NCBI GenBank assembly: GCA_964016885.1
Contig: CAXHJY010001746.1
Span: 1,503 to 65,502, forward strand
Reading direction: 5' to 3'
Length of the DNA stretch: 64,000 nucleotides
DNA from: Eledone cirrhosa
Lineage: Eukaryota
The notes under the pieces are model-generated. The model was not told the DNA's origin. It did no database searches and saw only the letters and a program-made list of their open reading frames with translations. This document shows, in pieces, positions 12,195 to 24,969 of this stretch; positions within the stretch are counted from its first letter, which is position 1; every line of letters begins with the position of its first letter. The position numbers were made by a program, and so were the translations under genes.

Positions 12195-12465
12195 GGAGGC
12201 GCATGGCCTAGTGGTAAGGGTGTTGGACTTACTATCATAATGTCGTGGGTTCAATTCCTGGGCTGGGTTGTATGTTGTGTTCTTGAGCAAAACACTTCAT
12301 TTCATGTTGCTCCAATATACTCAGCTGAAAATGAGTACCAGCAATAGCTGGGGGTTTAACCCTGTGATGGACTGGTGTCTTGTCCAAGGGGAGTCTTGTG
12401 CTCTTAGTCACCAGTGCTTATCCCGGCCAAATGAGCCTTCTGGCTTAAGACAGACTTTAGCCTTG
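12195..12465 (+). mobile_element. tRNA-derived SINE (second family)
   Basis: A box TGGCCTAGTGG, B box GGTTCAATTCC, core ttcttgagcaaaacacttcatttc; relatives at about 30105-30225 and 33975-34110. Confidence 0.75.
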
Positions 12466-12891
12466 GATCTGGTATATAATAGGTACATTGTATTCCTGTG
12501 TACCAGTCCATTTACCTGGTAAAAACAAGCTACACCTGTAATTTAATCAATTGTTAACCCTTTTTTGCTTGAGTTTTGACTGCATTTTGTTGTTGCTGCT
12601 GTTGTTACTATTTTTACTAGTATTGCTAGTATAATTTACAAGTGTTGTTATTACTACCACTACTACCACCACTACTACTATTACTACTACTACCACTACT
12701 ACAATTACCACCACCACTACTACTATCACCTATGAAACATCCGTACAACTCCCTCTTGTATAACATTGGTGACTTGCTCCTCATCATCATCCACATCATC
12801 ATTATCATCACCATCATCATCATACACTGTCAATAAAAATACACACCCTGACTTAGGTATTGAGTTCTTTTCCTCAGAAATGTTCACAATC

Positions 12892-12924
<33 letters not shown>

Positions 12925-13329
12925 ATATATATATATATGTGTGTATATAATATATATGTATATATGTATGTGTGTGTGTATATATATATATAATTTCAAT
13001 GTGGTCTAGCCACGCTTGCAAGTATTAGATAGCGTGAGAACTGTGTTAGGGTTACTCGTCCTCTTGGAATGCTCAGACATTTGCACGTTACTGTCACAAG
13101 CAGGTTGTGTTGTTTTCTTGTACAACTTGAATACTCCTCGTCACAAACGACGGAGATCCAACAGCCACTTCAACTAGCAATGCAGTTCTTCAATCCAAGG
13201 GAGGTAACTCTGTGATCAATGTTGTCCCTCTTAAAAATGAAGACGAAAGTTGACTATTAAAACATTAGAATTTCGTTTTTCGGTCTAACATAGAGGATAT
13301 GTAAATACATTCGTAAATTTATATCGAAT

Positions 13330-13562
13330 AATAATATGAAAATTATTGTGTACCGTGCTCAGGTGCACTACTACTCTTCAAAGGTGCATGTATAGTACAT
13401 AGAATAATGTACAAATGTCAGGAGAGTGAACAGTGTATGAGTCATGATATACATACAGATACACACATACACACACACACACACATGCGTGCGAGTGTAT
13501 GAAAGGGGAATATCAGGTGTAGTATTGGCAAATTTCGGGAAGCATGGAAGTTTTGAAGGATG
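13330..13562 (-). mobile_element. CR1-like LINE 3' end (inverted relative to 20340-20738)
   Basis: Reverse-complement similarity to 20530-20738 (catgcttcccgaaatt...tagtgcacctgagcac.gtacacaata). Confidence 0.75.
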
Positions 13563-16500
13563 AAAGTGACAGGGTGAGAGGAATAGAATGAGATGGTTTG
13601 GCCATGTGTTGAGGAAGGATGGGAGTGACAGGGTGAGAGGAATAGAATGAGATGGTTTGGTCATGTGTTGAGGAAGGATGGGAGTGACAGGGTGAGAGGA
13701 ATGGAATGAGATGGTTTGGCCATGTGTTGAGGAAGGATGGGAGTGACAGGGTGAGAGGAATGGAAGGAGATGGTTTGGTCATGTGTTGAGGAAGGATGGA
13801 AGTGTCAGGGTGAGAGGAATAGAATGAGATGGTTTGGCCATGTGTTGAGGAAGGATGGGAGTGACAGGGTGAGAGGAATGGAATAAGATGGTTTGGTCAT
13901 GTGTTGGGGAAGGATGGAAGTGTCAGGGTGAGAGGAATGGAATGAGATGGTTTGGTCATGTGTTGAGGAAGGATGGAAGTGTCAGGGTAAGAGGAATGGA
14001 ATGAGATGGTTTGGTCGTGTGTTGAGGAAGGATGGAAGTGTCAGGGTGAGAGGAATGGAATGAGATGGTTTGGTCATGTGTTGAGGAAGGATGGAAGTGT
14101 CAGGGTGAGAGGAATGGAATGAGATGGTTTGGTCATGTGTTGAGGAAGGATGGAAGTGACAGGGTGAGAGGAATGGAATGAGATGGTTTGGTCATGTGTT
14201 GAGGAAGGATGGAAGTGACAGGGTGAGAGGAATGGAATGAGATGGTTTGGTCGTGTGTTGAGGAAGGATGGAAGTGACAGGGTGAGAGGAATGGAATGAG
14301 ATGGTTTGGTCATGTGTTGAGGAAGGATGGAAGTGACAGGGTGAGAGGAATGGAAGGAGATGGTTTGGTCATGTGTTGAGGAAGGATGGAAGTGTCAGGG
14401 TGAGAGGAATGGAAGGAGATGGTTTGGTCATGTGTTGAGGAAGGATGGAAGTGTCAGGGTGAGAGGAATGGAAGGAGATGGTTTGGTCATGTGTTGAGGA
14501 AGGATGGAAGTGACAGGGTGAGAGGAATGGAAGGAGATGGTTTGGTCGTGTGTTGAGGAAGGATGGAAGTGTCAGGGTGAGAGGAATGGAAGGAGATGGT
14601 TTGGTCGTGTGTTGAGGAAGGATGGAAGTGACAGGGTGAGAGGAATGGAAGGAGATGGTTTGGTCATGTGTTGAGGAAGGATGGAAGTGACAGGGTGAGA
14701 GGAATGGAAGGAGATGGTTTGGTCATGTGTTGAGGAAGGATGGAAGTGTCAGGGTGAGAGGAATGGAAGGAGATGGTTTGGTCATGTGTTGAGGAAGGAT
14801 GGAAGTGACAGGGTGAGAGGAATGGAAGGAGATGGTTTGGTCATGTGTTGAGGAAGGATGGAAGTGACAGGGTGAGAGGAATGGAATGAGATGGTTTGGT
14901 CGTGTGTTGAGGAAGGATGGAAGTGACAGGGTGAGAGGAATGGAAGGAGATGGTTTGGTCGTGTGTTGAGGAAGGATGGAAGTGACAGGGTGAGAGGAAT
15001 GGAAGGAGATGGTTTGGTCATGTGTTGAGGAAGGATGGAAGTGACAGGGTGAGAGGAATGGAAGGAGATGGTTTGGTCGTGTGTTGAGGAAGGATGGAAG
15101 TGACAGGGTGAGAGGAATGGAAGGAGATGGTTTGGTCGTGTGTTGAGGAAGGATGGAAGTGACAGGGTGAGAGGAATGGAAGGAGATGGTTTGGTCGTGT
15201 GTTGAGGAAGGATGGAAGTGACAGGGTGAGAGGAATGGAAGGAGATGGTTTGGTCATGTGTTGAGGAAGGATGGAAGTGACAGGGTGAGAGGAATGGAAG
15301 GAGATGGTTTGGTCGTGTGTTGAGGAAGGATGGAAGTGACAGGGTGAGAGGAATGGAAGGAGATGGTTTGGTCATGTGTTGAGGAAGGATGGAAGTGACA
15401 GGGTGAGAGGAATGGAAGGAGATGGTTTGGTCGTGTGTTGAGGAAGGATGGAAGTGACAGGGTGAGAGGAATGGAAGGAGATGGTTTGGTCATGTGTTGA
15501 GGAAGGATGGAAGTGACAGGGTGAGAGGAATGGAAGGAGATGGTTTGGTCGTGTGTTGAGGAAGGATGGAAGTGACAGGGTGAGAGGAATGGAATGAGAT
15601 GGTTTGGTCATGTGTTGAGGAAGGATGGAAGTGTCAGGGTGAGAGGAATGGAATGAGATGGTTTGGTCATGTGTTGAGGAAGGATGGAAGTGTCAGGGTG
15701 AGAGGAATGGAATGAGATGGTTTGGTCGTGTGTTGAGGAAGGATGGAAGTGACAGGGTGAGAGGAATGGAAGGAGATGGTTTGGTCGTGTGTTGAGGAAG
15801 GATGGAAGTGACAGGGTGAGAGGAATGGAAGGAGATGGTTTGGTCATGTGTTGAGGAAGGATGGAAGTGACAGGGTGAGAGGAATGGAAGGAGATGGTTT
15901 GGTCATGTGTTGAGGAAGGATGGAAGTGACAGGGTGAGAGGAATGGAAGGAGATGGTTTGGTCATGTGTTGAGGAAGGATGGAAGTGTCAGGGTGAGAGG
16001 AATGGAATGAGATGGTTTGGTCGTGTGTTGAGGAAGGATGGAAGTGTCAGGGTGAGAGGAATGGAATGAGATGGTTTGGTCATGTGTTGAGGAAGGATGG
16101 AAGTGTCAGGGTGAGAGGAATGGAATGAGATGGTTTGGTCATGTGTTGAGGAAGGATGGAAGTGACAGGGTGAGAGGAATGGAATGAGATGGTTTGGTCA
16201 TGTGTTGAGGAAGGATGGAAGTGTCAGGGTGAGAGGAATGGAAGGAGATGGTTTGGTCATGTGTTGAGGAAGGATGGAAGTGACAGGGTGAGAGGAATGG
16301 AATGAGATGGTTTGGTCATGTGTTGAGGAAGGATGGAAGTATCAGGTAAGAGGAATGGAATGAGATGGTTTGGTCATGTGTTGAGGAAGGATGGAAGTGT
16401 CAGGGTGAGAGGAATGGAATGAGATGGTTTGGTCATGTGTTGAGGAAGGATGGAAGTGTCAGGGTGAGAGGAATGGAATGAGATGGTTTGGTCATGTGTT

Positions 16501-19500
16501 GAGGAAGGATGGAAGTATCAGGTAAGAGGAATGGAATGAGATGGTTTGGTCATGTGTTGAGGAAGGATGGAAGTGTCAGGGTGAGAGGAATGGATGGAGA
16601 TGGTTTGGTCATGTGTTGAGGAAGGATGGAAGTGTCAGGGTGAGAGGAATGGAAGGAGATGGTTTGGTCATGTGTTGAGGAAGGATGGAAGTGACAGGGT
16701 GAGAGGAATGGAATGAGATGGTTTGGTCATGTGTTGAGGAAGGATGGAAGTGTCAGGGTGAGAGGAATGGAAGGAGATGGTTTGGTCATGTGTTGAGGAA
16801 GGATGGAAGTGTCAGGGTGAGAGGAATGGAAGGAGATGGTTTGGTCATGTGTTGAGGAAGGATGGAAGTGACAGGGTGAGAGGAATGGAAGGAGATGGTT
16901 TGGTCATGTGTTGAGGAAGGATGGAAGTGACAGGGTGAGAGGAATGGAATGAGATGGTTTGGTCATGTGTTGAGGAAGGATGGAAGTGTCAGGGTGAGAG
17001 GAATGGAATGAGATGGTTTGGTCATGTGTTGAGGAAGGATGGAAGTGTCAGGGTGAGAGGAATGGAAGGAGATGGTTTGGTCATGTGTTGAGGAAGGATG
17101 GAAGTGTCAGGGTGAGAGGAATGGAAGGAGATGGTTTGGTCATGTGTTGAGGAAGGATGGAAGTGACAGGGTGAGAGGAATGGAATGAGATGGTTTGGTC
17201 ATGTGTTGAGGAAGGATGGAAGTATCAGGTAAGAGGAATGGAATGAGATGGTTTGGTCATGTGTTGAGGAAGGATGGAAGTGTCAGGGTGAGAGGAATGG
17301 AATGAGATGGTTTGGTCATGTGTTGAGGAAGGATGGAAGTGTCAGGGTGAGAGGAATGGAATGAGATGGTTTGGTCATGTGTTGAGGAAGGATGGAAGTA
17401 TCAGGTAAGAGGAATGGAATGAGATGGTTTGGTCATGTGTTGAGGAAGGATGGAAGTATCAGGTAAGAGGAATGGAATGAGATGGTTTGGTCATGTGTTG
17501 AGGAAGGATGGAAGTGTCAGGGTGAGAGGAATGGATGGAGATGGTTTGGTCGTGTGTTGAGGAAGGATGGAAGTGTCAGGGTGAGAGGAATGGAATGAGA
17601 TGGTTTGGTCATGTGTTGAGGAAGGATGGAAGTGTCAGGGTGAGAGGAATGGAAGGAGATGGTTTGGTCATGTGTTGAGGAAGGATGGAAGTGACAGGGT
17701 GAGAGGAATGGAATGAGATGGTTTGGTCATGTGTTGAGGAAGGATGGAAGTGTCAGGGTGAGAGGAATGGAAGGAGATGGTTTGGTCATGTGTTGAGGAA
17801 GGATGGAAGTGACAGGGTGAGAGGAATGGAATGAGATGGTTTGGTCATGTGTTGAGGAAGGATGGAAGTATCAGGTAAGAGGAATGGAATGAGATGGTTT
17901 GGTCATGTGTTGAGGAAGGATGGAAGTGACAGGGTGAGAGGAATGGAATGAGATGGTTTGGTCATGTGTTGAGGAAGGATGGAAGTGTCAGGGTGGGAGG
18001 AATGGAATGAGATGGTTTGGTCATGTGTTGAGGAAGGATGGAAGTATCAGGTAAGAGGAATGGAATGAGATGGTTTGGTCATGTGTTGAGGAAGGATGGA
18101 AGTGTCAGGGTGAGAGGAATGGAAGGAGATGGTTTGGCCATGTGTTGAGGAAGGATGGAAGTGTCAGGGTGAGAGGAATGGAATGAGATGGTTTGGTCAT
18201 GTGTTGAGGAAGGATGGAAGTATCAGGTGAGAGGAATGGAAGGAGATGGTTTGGTCATGTGTTGAGGAAGGATGGAAGTGTCAGGTAAGAGGAATGGAAT
18301 GAGATGGTTTGGTCATGTGTTGAGGAAGGATGGAAGTGTCAGGGTGAGAGGAATGGAAGGAGATGGTTTGGCCATGTGTTGAGGAAGGATGGAAGTGTCA
18401 GGGTGAGAGGAATGGAATGAGATGGTTTGGTCATGTGTTGAGGAAGGATGGAAGTATCAGGTAAGAGGAATGGAATGAGATGGTTTGGTCATGTGTTGAG
18501 GAAGGATGGAAGTATCAGGTAAGAGGAATGGAATGAGATGGTTTGGTCATGTGTTGAGGAAGGATGGAAGTATCAGGTAAGAGGAATGGAAGGAGATGGT
18601 TTGGTCGTGTGTTGAGGAAGGATGGAAGTGTCAGGGTGAGAGGAATGGAATGAGATGGTTTGGTCATGTGTTGAGGAAGGATGGAAGTGTCAGGGTGAGA
18701 GGAATGGAAGGAGATGGTTTGGTCATGTGTTGAGGAAGGATGGAAGTGTCAGGGTGAGAGGAATGGAATGAGATGGTTTGGTCATGTGTTGAGGAAGGAT
18801 GGAAGTATCAGGGTGAGAGGAATGGAAGGAGATGGTTTGGTCATGTGTTGAGGAAGGATGGAAGTGTCAGGGTGAGAGGAATGGAATGAGATGGTTTGGT
18901 CATGTGTTGAGGAAGGATGGAAGTGACAGGGTGAGAGGAATGGAATGAGATGGTTTGGTCGTGTGTTGAGGAAGGATGGAAGTGACAGGGTGAGAGGAAT
19001 GGAATGAGATGGTTTGGTCATGTGTTGAGGAAGGATGGAAGTGACAGGGTGAGAGGAATGGAATGAGATGGTTTGGTCATGTGTTGAGGAAGGATGGAAG
19101 TGTCAGGGTAAGAGGAATGGAATGAGATGGTTTGGTCATGTGTTGAGGAAGGATGGAAGTGACAGGGTGAGAGGAATGGAATGAGATGGTTTGGTCGTGT
19201 GTTGAGGAAGGATGGAAGTGTCAGGGTGAGAGGAATGGAATGAGATGGTTTGGTCATGTGTTGAGGAAGGATGGAAGTGTCAGGGTGAGAGGAATGGAAG
19301 GAGATGGTTTGGTCATGTGTTGAGGAAGGATGGAAGTGACAGGGTGAGAGGAATGGAATGAGATGGTTTGGTCATGTGTTGAGGAAGGATGGAAGTGACA
19401 GGGTGAGAGGAATGGAATGAGATGGTTTGGTCGTGTGTTGAGGAAGGATGGAAGTGTCAGGGTGAGAGGAATGGAATGAGATGGTTTGGTCATGTGTTGA

Positions 19501-20215
19501 GGAAGGATGGAAGTGTCAGGGTGAGAGGAATGGAAGGAGATGGTTTGGTCGTGTGTTGAGGAAGGATGGAAGTGTCAGGGTGAGAGGAATGGAATGAGAT
19601 GGTTTGGTCATGTGTTGAGGAAGGATGGAAGTGTCAGGGTGAGAGGAATGGAATGAGATGGTTTGGTCGTGTGTTGAGGAAGGATGGAAGTGTCAGGGTG
19701 AGAGGAATGGAATGAGATGGTTTGGTCATGTGTTGAGGAAGGATGGAAGTGTCAGGGTGAGAGGAATGGAAGGAGATGGTTTGGTCATGTGTTGAGGAAG
19801 GATGGAAGTGTCAGGGTGAGAGGAATGGAATGAGATGGTTTGGTCATGTGTTGAGGAAGGATGGAAGTGTCAGGGTGAGAGGAATGGAATGAGATGGTTT
19901 GGTCATGTGTTGAGGAAGGATGGAAGTGTCAGGGTGAGAGGAATGGAATGAGATGGTTTGGTCATGTGTTGAGGAAGGATGGAAGTATCAGGTGAGAGGA
20001 ATGGAATGAGATGGTTTGGTCATGTGTTGAGGAAGGATGGAAGTGTCAGGGTGAGATGAATGGAATGAGATGGTTTGGTCATGTGTTGAGGAAAGATGAA
20101 AGTACCTGTGTGAGAGGAATAGAGCCAGTGATGGATGTTGTGAAGAAGAATGAGATGGTTTGGTCATGTGTTGAGGAAGGATGGAAGTGACAGGGTGAGA
20201 GGAATAGAACCAGTG
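13555..20215. repeat. 59-bp minisatellite array, ~6.6 kb (~110 copies), in an SH2B intron
   Basis: Unit GAGATGGTTTGGTCATGTGTTGAGGAAGGATGGAAGTGACAGGGTGAGAGGAATGGAAT; ORF periodicity 236 = 4 x 59. Confidence 0.98.
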
Positions 20216-20339
20216 ACCATAGAGCATTTGTTGTTTTGTCTATTTTCTGAATTGATTATTACTAATTAATTGGTTTTGGTTATTAAAGGCATGAAACTAA
20301 CACAGTGTGGTGTTTGTGTTGTGACATATAGCATGTCTT

Positions 20340-20738
20340 GGGCAGAGACCCTTCTTTCTACAGATCTGCCAACAACAACCCTGAGCACCTTTTTGATCTC
20401 CATGTGTCTAATACACGTGGACATGCCTACAAAGTCAGAAAACAGCACAGCTCCCATAACTTTTGGAAACATTTTTTCACGCTTACAGCTGCTGTACTAC
20501 CTGCGTCAGTTGTTAGCTGCCGAGACACTGCATCCTTTAAAACCCTCATGCTTCCCGAAATTCACGAAAGCTACACCTGATGTCCCCCTTCCATACACAT
20601 GCACACATGTATATATCATGACTCATGCACTGTTCATTTTCCTGACGTTTGTACATTACCCTATGTACTACACATACACTTTTGATGAGTTGTAGTGCAC
20701 CTGAGCACTGTACACAATATTTTCATTATTATTATTAT
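20340..20738 (+). mobile_element. CR1-like LINE 3' fragment with (ATT)n tail
   Basis: Encodes NTRGHAYKVRKQHSSHNFWKHFF (CR1 ORF2 C-terminal TRGH motif), followed by a 3' UTR and cattattattatt. Confidence 0.75.
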
Positions 20739-21022
20739 CTGCTCACGAACTCTCTCTTTCAGAGAAAGAGAGAGTTAGTGTACGAGAGTGAATTGGTGAG
20801 AGAGAAAGAAAGAGTTAGTGTGAGAGAGAGTTAGTGAGACAGAGAGTGGAAGTGAGAAAGAAATATATAAGAATCAACCCAGTATTTGACTGGTACTTTT
20901 TATATTGACCTCGAAATGATGAAAGGCAAAGTTAACCTTGGTAAGATTTGAACTTCAGGTTCAGAGAGCCAGAACAACTGCTACAAATCATTTTATAGGA
21001 CGCTCTACCGACTCTGTCAATT

Positions 21023-22182
21023 CACTATTGTATTTTCACAGTAAAGGCTTTACCTCACATAATATCTCACATAACGTTTACATAACTCTATATACACTAT
21101 TGTATTTTCACGGTAAAGGCTTTACCTCACATAATATCTCACATAACATTTACATAACTCTATATACACTATTGTATTTTCACAGTAAAGGCTTTACCTC
21201 ACATAATATCTCACATAACATTTACATTACTCTATATATACTATTGTATTTTCACAGTAAAGGCTTTACCTCACATAATATCTCACATAACATTTACATT
21301 ACTCTATATATACTATTGTATTTTCACAGTAAAGGCTTTACCTCACATAATATCTCACATAACATTTACATTACTCTATATATACTATTGTATTTTCACG
21401 GTAAAGGCTTTATCTCACATAATATCTCACATAACATTTACATTACTCTATATATACTATTGTATTTTCACAGTAAAGGCTTTACCTCACATAATACCTC
21501 ACATAACATTTACATTACTCTATATATACTATTGTATTTTCACGGTAAAGGCTTTACCTCACATAACATTTACATTACTCTATATATACTATTGTATTTT
21601 CACAGTAAAGGCTTTACCTCACATAATATCTCACATTAACATTTACATTACTCTATATATACTATTGTATTTTCACGGTAAAGGCTTTACCTCACATAAC
21701 ATTTACATTACTCTATATATACTATTGTATTTTCACAGTAAAGGCTTTACCTCACATAATATCTCACATTAACATTTACATTACTCTATATATACTATTG
21801 TATTTTCACGGTAAAGGCTTTACCTCACATAACATTTACATTACTCTATATATACTATTGTATTTTCACAGTAAAGGCTTTACCTCACATAATATCTCGC
21901 ATAACATTTATATTACTCTATATATACTATTGTATTTTGACTGTAAAGGCTTTACCTCACATAACATTTACATTACTCTATATATACTATTGTATTTTCA
22001 CTGTAAAGGCTTTACCTCACATAATTAATTACCTTACATAATATCGAATCTATGAGATTTTGATATTTATTTTGAGAACAATACCTTAACATCAGTATGA
22101 ATGGCCAGTTATGGCCAGTTTGAATAGAAAGAGGTGAGAGAATTTTGGTCAGATATGGCTGGTTTCAATGCTAAAGGGTTAA
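21023..22182 (+). repeat. 72/61-bp minisatellite expanded inside a piggyBac-like MITE
   Basis: The unit matches the interior of the MITE at 30251-30466, and the array runs into the MITE right end ctaaagggTTAA. Confidence 0.85.
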
Positions 22183-22344
22183 CCTGTATGTCACATTTGT
22201 AAACAAAAAAGAAATAGTGCCCCCTTTAAAGTAGTAGTATATGCTACAGACTCCAAATCAACCTAGTTCAGCTCTGCTGATCCTTTTACCTGAATGCTGC
22301 CAACCCTTTCATCTTTACTAACAAACTAAAATGAAATAAAAAGA

Positions 22345-22830
22345 ACAAAACCATACCTGGTTGACCTCTGAATGTTGTTGTTGCTACTGACCCCCCCCCC
22401 CCCCACATTCTAATGGACCAGTCCAACCTGTCAAAACCATACCTGGTTGACCACTGAATGCTGTTATTGCTACTTACACCCCCCCATGTTCTAATGGAAC
22501 AGTCCAACCTGTCAAAACCATACCTGGTTGACCTCTGAATGCTGCTGTTGCTATTGACACCCTCCACATTCTAATGGAACAGTCCAGCCTGTCAAAACTA
22601 TACCTGGTTGACCACTGAATGCTGTTGTTGCTACTTACACTCCCCCATGTTCAAATGGAAAAGTCCAACCTGTCAAAACCATACCTGGTTGACCTCTGCA
22701 CTGAATGCTGTTGTTGCTACTGACACCCCTCACATTCTAATGGAACAGTCCAACCTGTCAGAACCATACCTGGTTGACCTCTGCACTGAATGCTGTTGTT
22801 GCTACTGACACCTTTCACGTTCTAATGGAA
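22345..22830. repeat. ~81-86-bp minisatellite just upstream of the SH2B exon at 22901
   Basis: Repeated aaaaccatacctggttgacc...ttctaatggaacagtccaacctgtc. Confidence 0.9.
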
Positions 22831-22900
22831 TGAACCGTTGACCGAGCCAGTCCATTTCTAACACAATGACCTCTCTTCATTGTCACTCAATGATTTGCAG

Positions 22901-23089
22901 ACCTCCGACAGCGGAACTCTGTCCATGGAACCATGGTAAGTGGCCATGTCTCGGCTGCTGTTGACCTACGTCCCTCTCGCCATGGCACCGCAGCCCAGCA
23001 GCGCCCAGTTAGCGCCATGCCCCACATTGGTTCACCATCGTCCTATCCCGACCATACTGGAGCATCGGCCAGATTTGAAGTCTCCCTTG
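22901..23089 (+). CDS. SH2B: SH2B-family adaptor, linker exon
   Basis: gatttgcAG|AC...CTTG|GTtagt; 189 nt, phase 1/1, GC-rich and open (DLRQRNSVHGTMVSGH...ARFEVSL); fits both neighbouring exons in phase. Confidence 0.7.
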
Positions 23090-23245
23090 GTTAGTATCCC
23101 TGTATCTTTTCTCCAGAAAAAAAAATCTCTAGATGTGGCATTTGTACTTTGCTGAGATAGTATATTTCAAATTTAGTATATGTATGTGTTTGTGCTTCTG
23201 TGTGTGTCTATATGTGTCTGTGTGTGTGTTTGTATGTGTGCATGA

Positions 23246-23293
<48 letters not shown>

Positions 23294-23785
23294 ATATATA
23301 TATATGTGTCAGTATATGTGCGTGTGTGTATATATATATGTGTATGTATATGCATATATATGTGTGTGTCAGTATATGTTTGTGTATGTATGTATATATA
23401 TATATATATGTATGTCAGTATATATATATATATCTATATCTATATGCATCTGTATATATATGTCATTGTGTGTGTGTGTGTGTGTGTATTATAAAAAGGA
23501 ATAGACTGTATCACATATACATAGTCAGTTATTTATATCATTCCATTATGCACATTTCAAAGACATCAAAGTTATGTAACTGGAGATGTATACATAATAC
23601 CTTATGGCACCCACATTGTAGAGTTCTTATGTCTGGTTACACTATAGTCAGTCCATTGTTTGATCAGCCAACACTGATTACTTGGTGTGTATATATATAT
23701 AGTTAGTTTGTTTCTTTAGCCAGTTTATGATTTCATGTTAGATTTCAAAGCAGTCTCTTTAAAAACATTTCATAGCTTTCTTCTG

Positions 23786-23827
<42 letters not shown>

Positions 23828-23838
23828 CTACATGCATA

Positions 23839-23921
<83 letters not shown>

Positions 23922-23964
23922 ATATATTATAGAATGACTTCTGCAGGACTAGAACTGCGACACT

Positions 23965-24701
23965 GACACCCTGACATGCCCCTCCCCTTGACATTCAATC
24001 CAACCCTCCGAAGACCATACCAACACCCCCAACAGCCATCTGAATCCTCCAAACCCACCCCCCAAACCCCAAAGGCCATCCCTACCTCCTTGACAACCGC
24101 CACCAACACCCCGACAACCCTAACATCCCAACTGTCAAAACTCCACCCCAACAATGTCTACATATGTTATTCTTTGACTTTTTGTTTCTTCTTTCCCTCC
24201 CACCTCCATTTTCAGATGGTTCTGGTCCTGAAAGTCCACCCCAACCTTCCCAAAATCCACTACGACTCTAAAGCACACATGAACTCCCCAAAGGCCACCC
24301 CCAAACCCTCTGAAGGCCACTCCAAACCCACTCTAATCACCAAGGCCAGCTTATACCCCTGACAACCAGCTCATACCCCTGACAACCACCCTTAATATAA
24401 AACAATGTCTACATATGTTATTGTCTTTGTCTTCTTCTCCCCTCCCTCTATTTTCAGATTGTTCTGGCCCTGAAAATCCACCCAACCTCCTGAAGCCCAC
24501 CCTAACCCCCTGAAGCCCACCCGACCACCCTGAAGCCCACCAAAGGCCTCCCAACCCTCCCAAAGGCCACCCCACTCCCCGAAAGGCCTCCCATATCCAT
24601 GACAACCACCCTTAATATCTCAACAATGTCTACATATGTTATTCTGTTTCTTTCTTCTCCCCCCCCCCCCCTCTATTTTCAGATGGTTCTGGCCCTGAAA
24701 G
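23965..24701 (+). repeat. Diverged ~225-242-bp tandem triplication including the SH2-exon acceptor
   Basis: aacaatgtctacatatgttatt...ttttcAG|AT(g/t)GTTCTGG(t/c)CCTGAAA occurs three times, with exon-like starts at 24216, 24458 and 24683. Confidence 0.88.
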
Positions 24702-24885
24702 TGAGCGCCATATTGATCAGGTGCTGCAGGACTACCCCTGGTTCCATGGTATGCTATTGCGGCGAGATGCTGCACAGTTGGTATTGCAGCAGGGTCCAAT
24801 TGGCCATGGAGTATTCCTGGTACGCCAGAGTGAGACACGGAAGGGAGAATATGTCTTGACATTTAACTTCCAGGGAAGAGCTAAG
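24683..24885 (+). CDS. SH2B: SH2B-family adaptor, SH2 domain N-terminal exon
   Basis: ttttcAG|AT...AAG|GTaggt; encodes [68 protein letters not shown] (YPWFHG and FLVRQSETR are SH2B SH2 signatures). Confidence 0.95.
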
Positions 24886-24969
24886 GTAGGTTTCCTCCTC
24901 CTCCATCATCATTCTCTCCCTCCTCCTCCTCTTCTTCATCATCATCATTCTCTTCCTCTTTCTCTTCAC

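Noticed and set aside
12195-12270. Possible tRNA gene (also about 30105 and 63165)
   Set aside because: A and B boxes are present, but there is no clean cloverleaf and the sequence continues into repeat bodies.
13555-20215. CRISPR-like regular array
   Set aside because: No unique spacers and no cas genes; eukaryotic context; simple tandem repeat.
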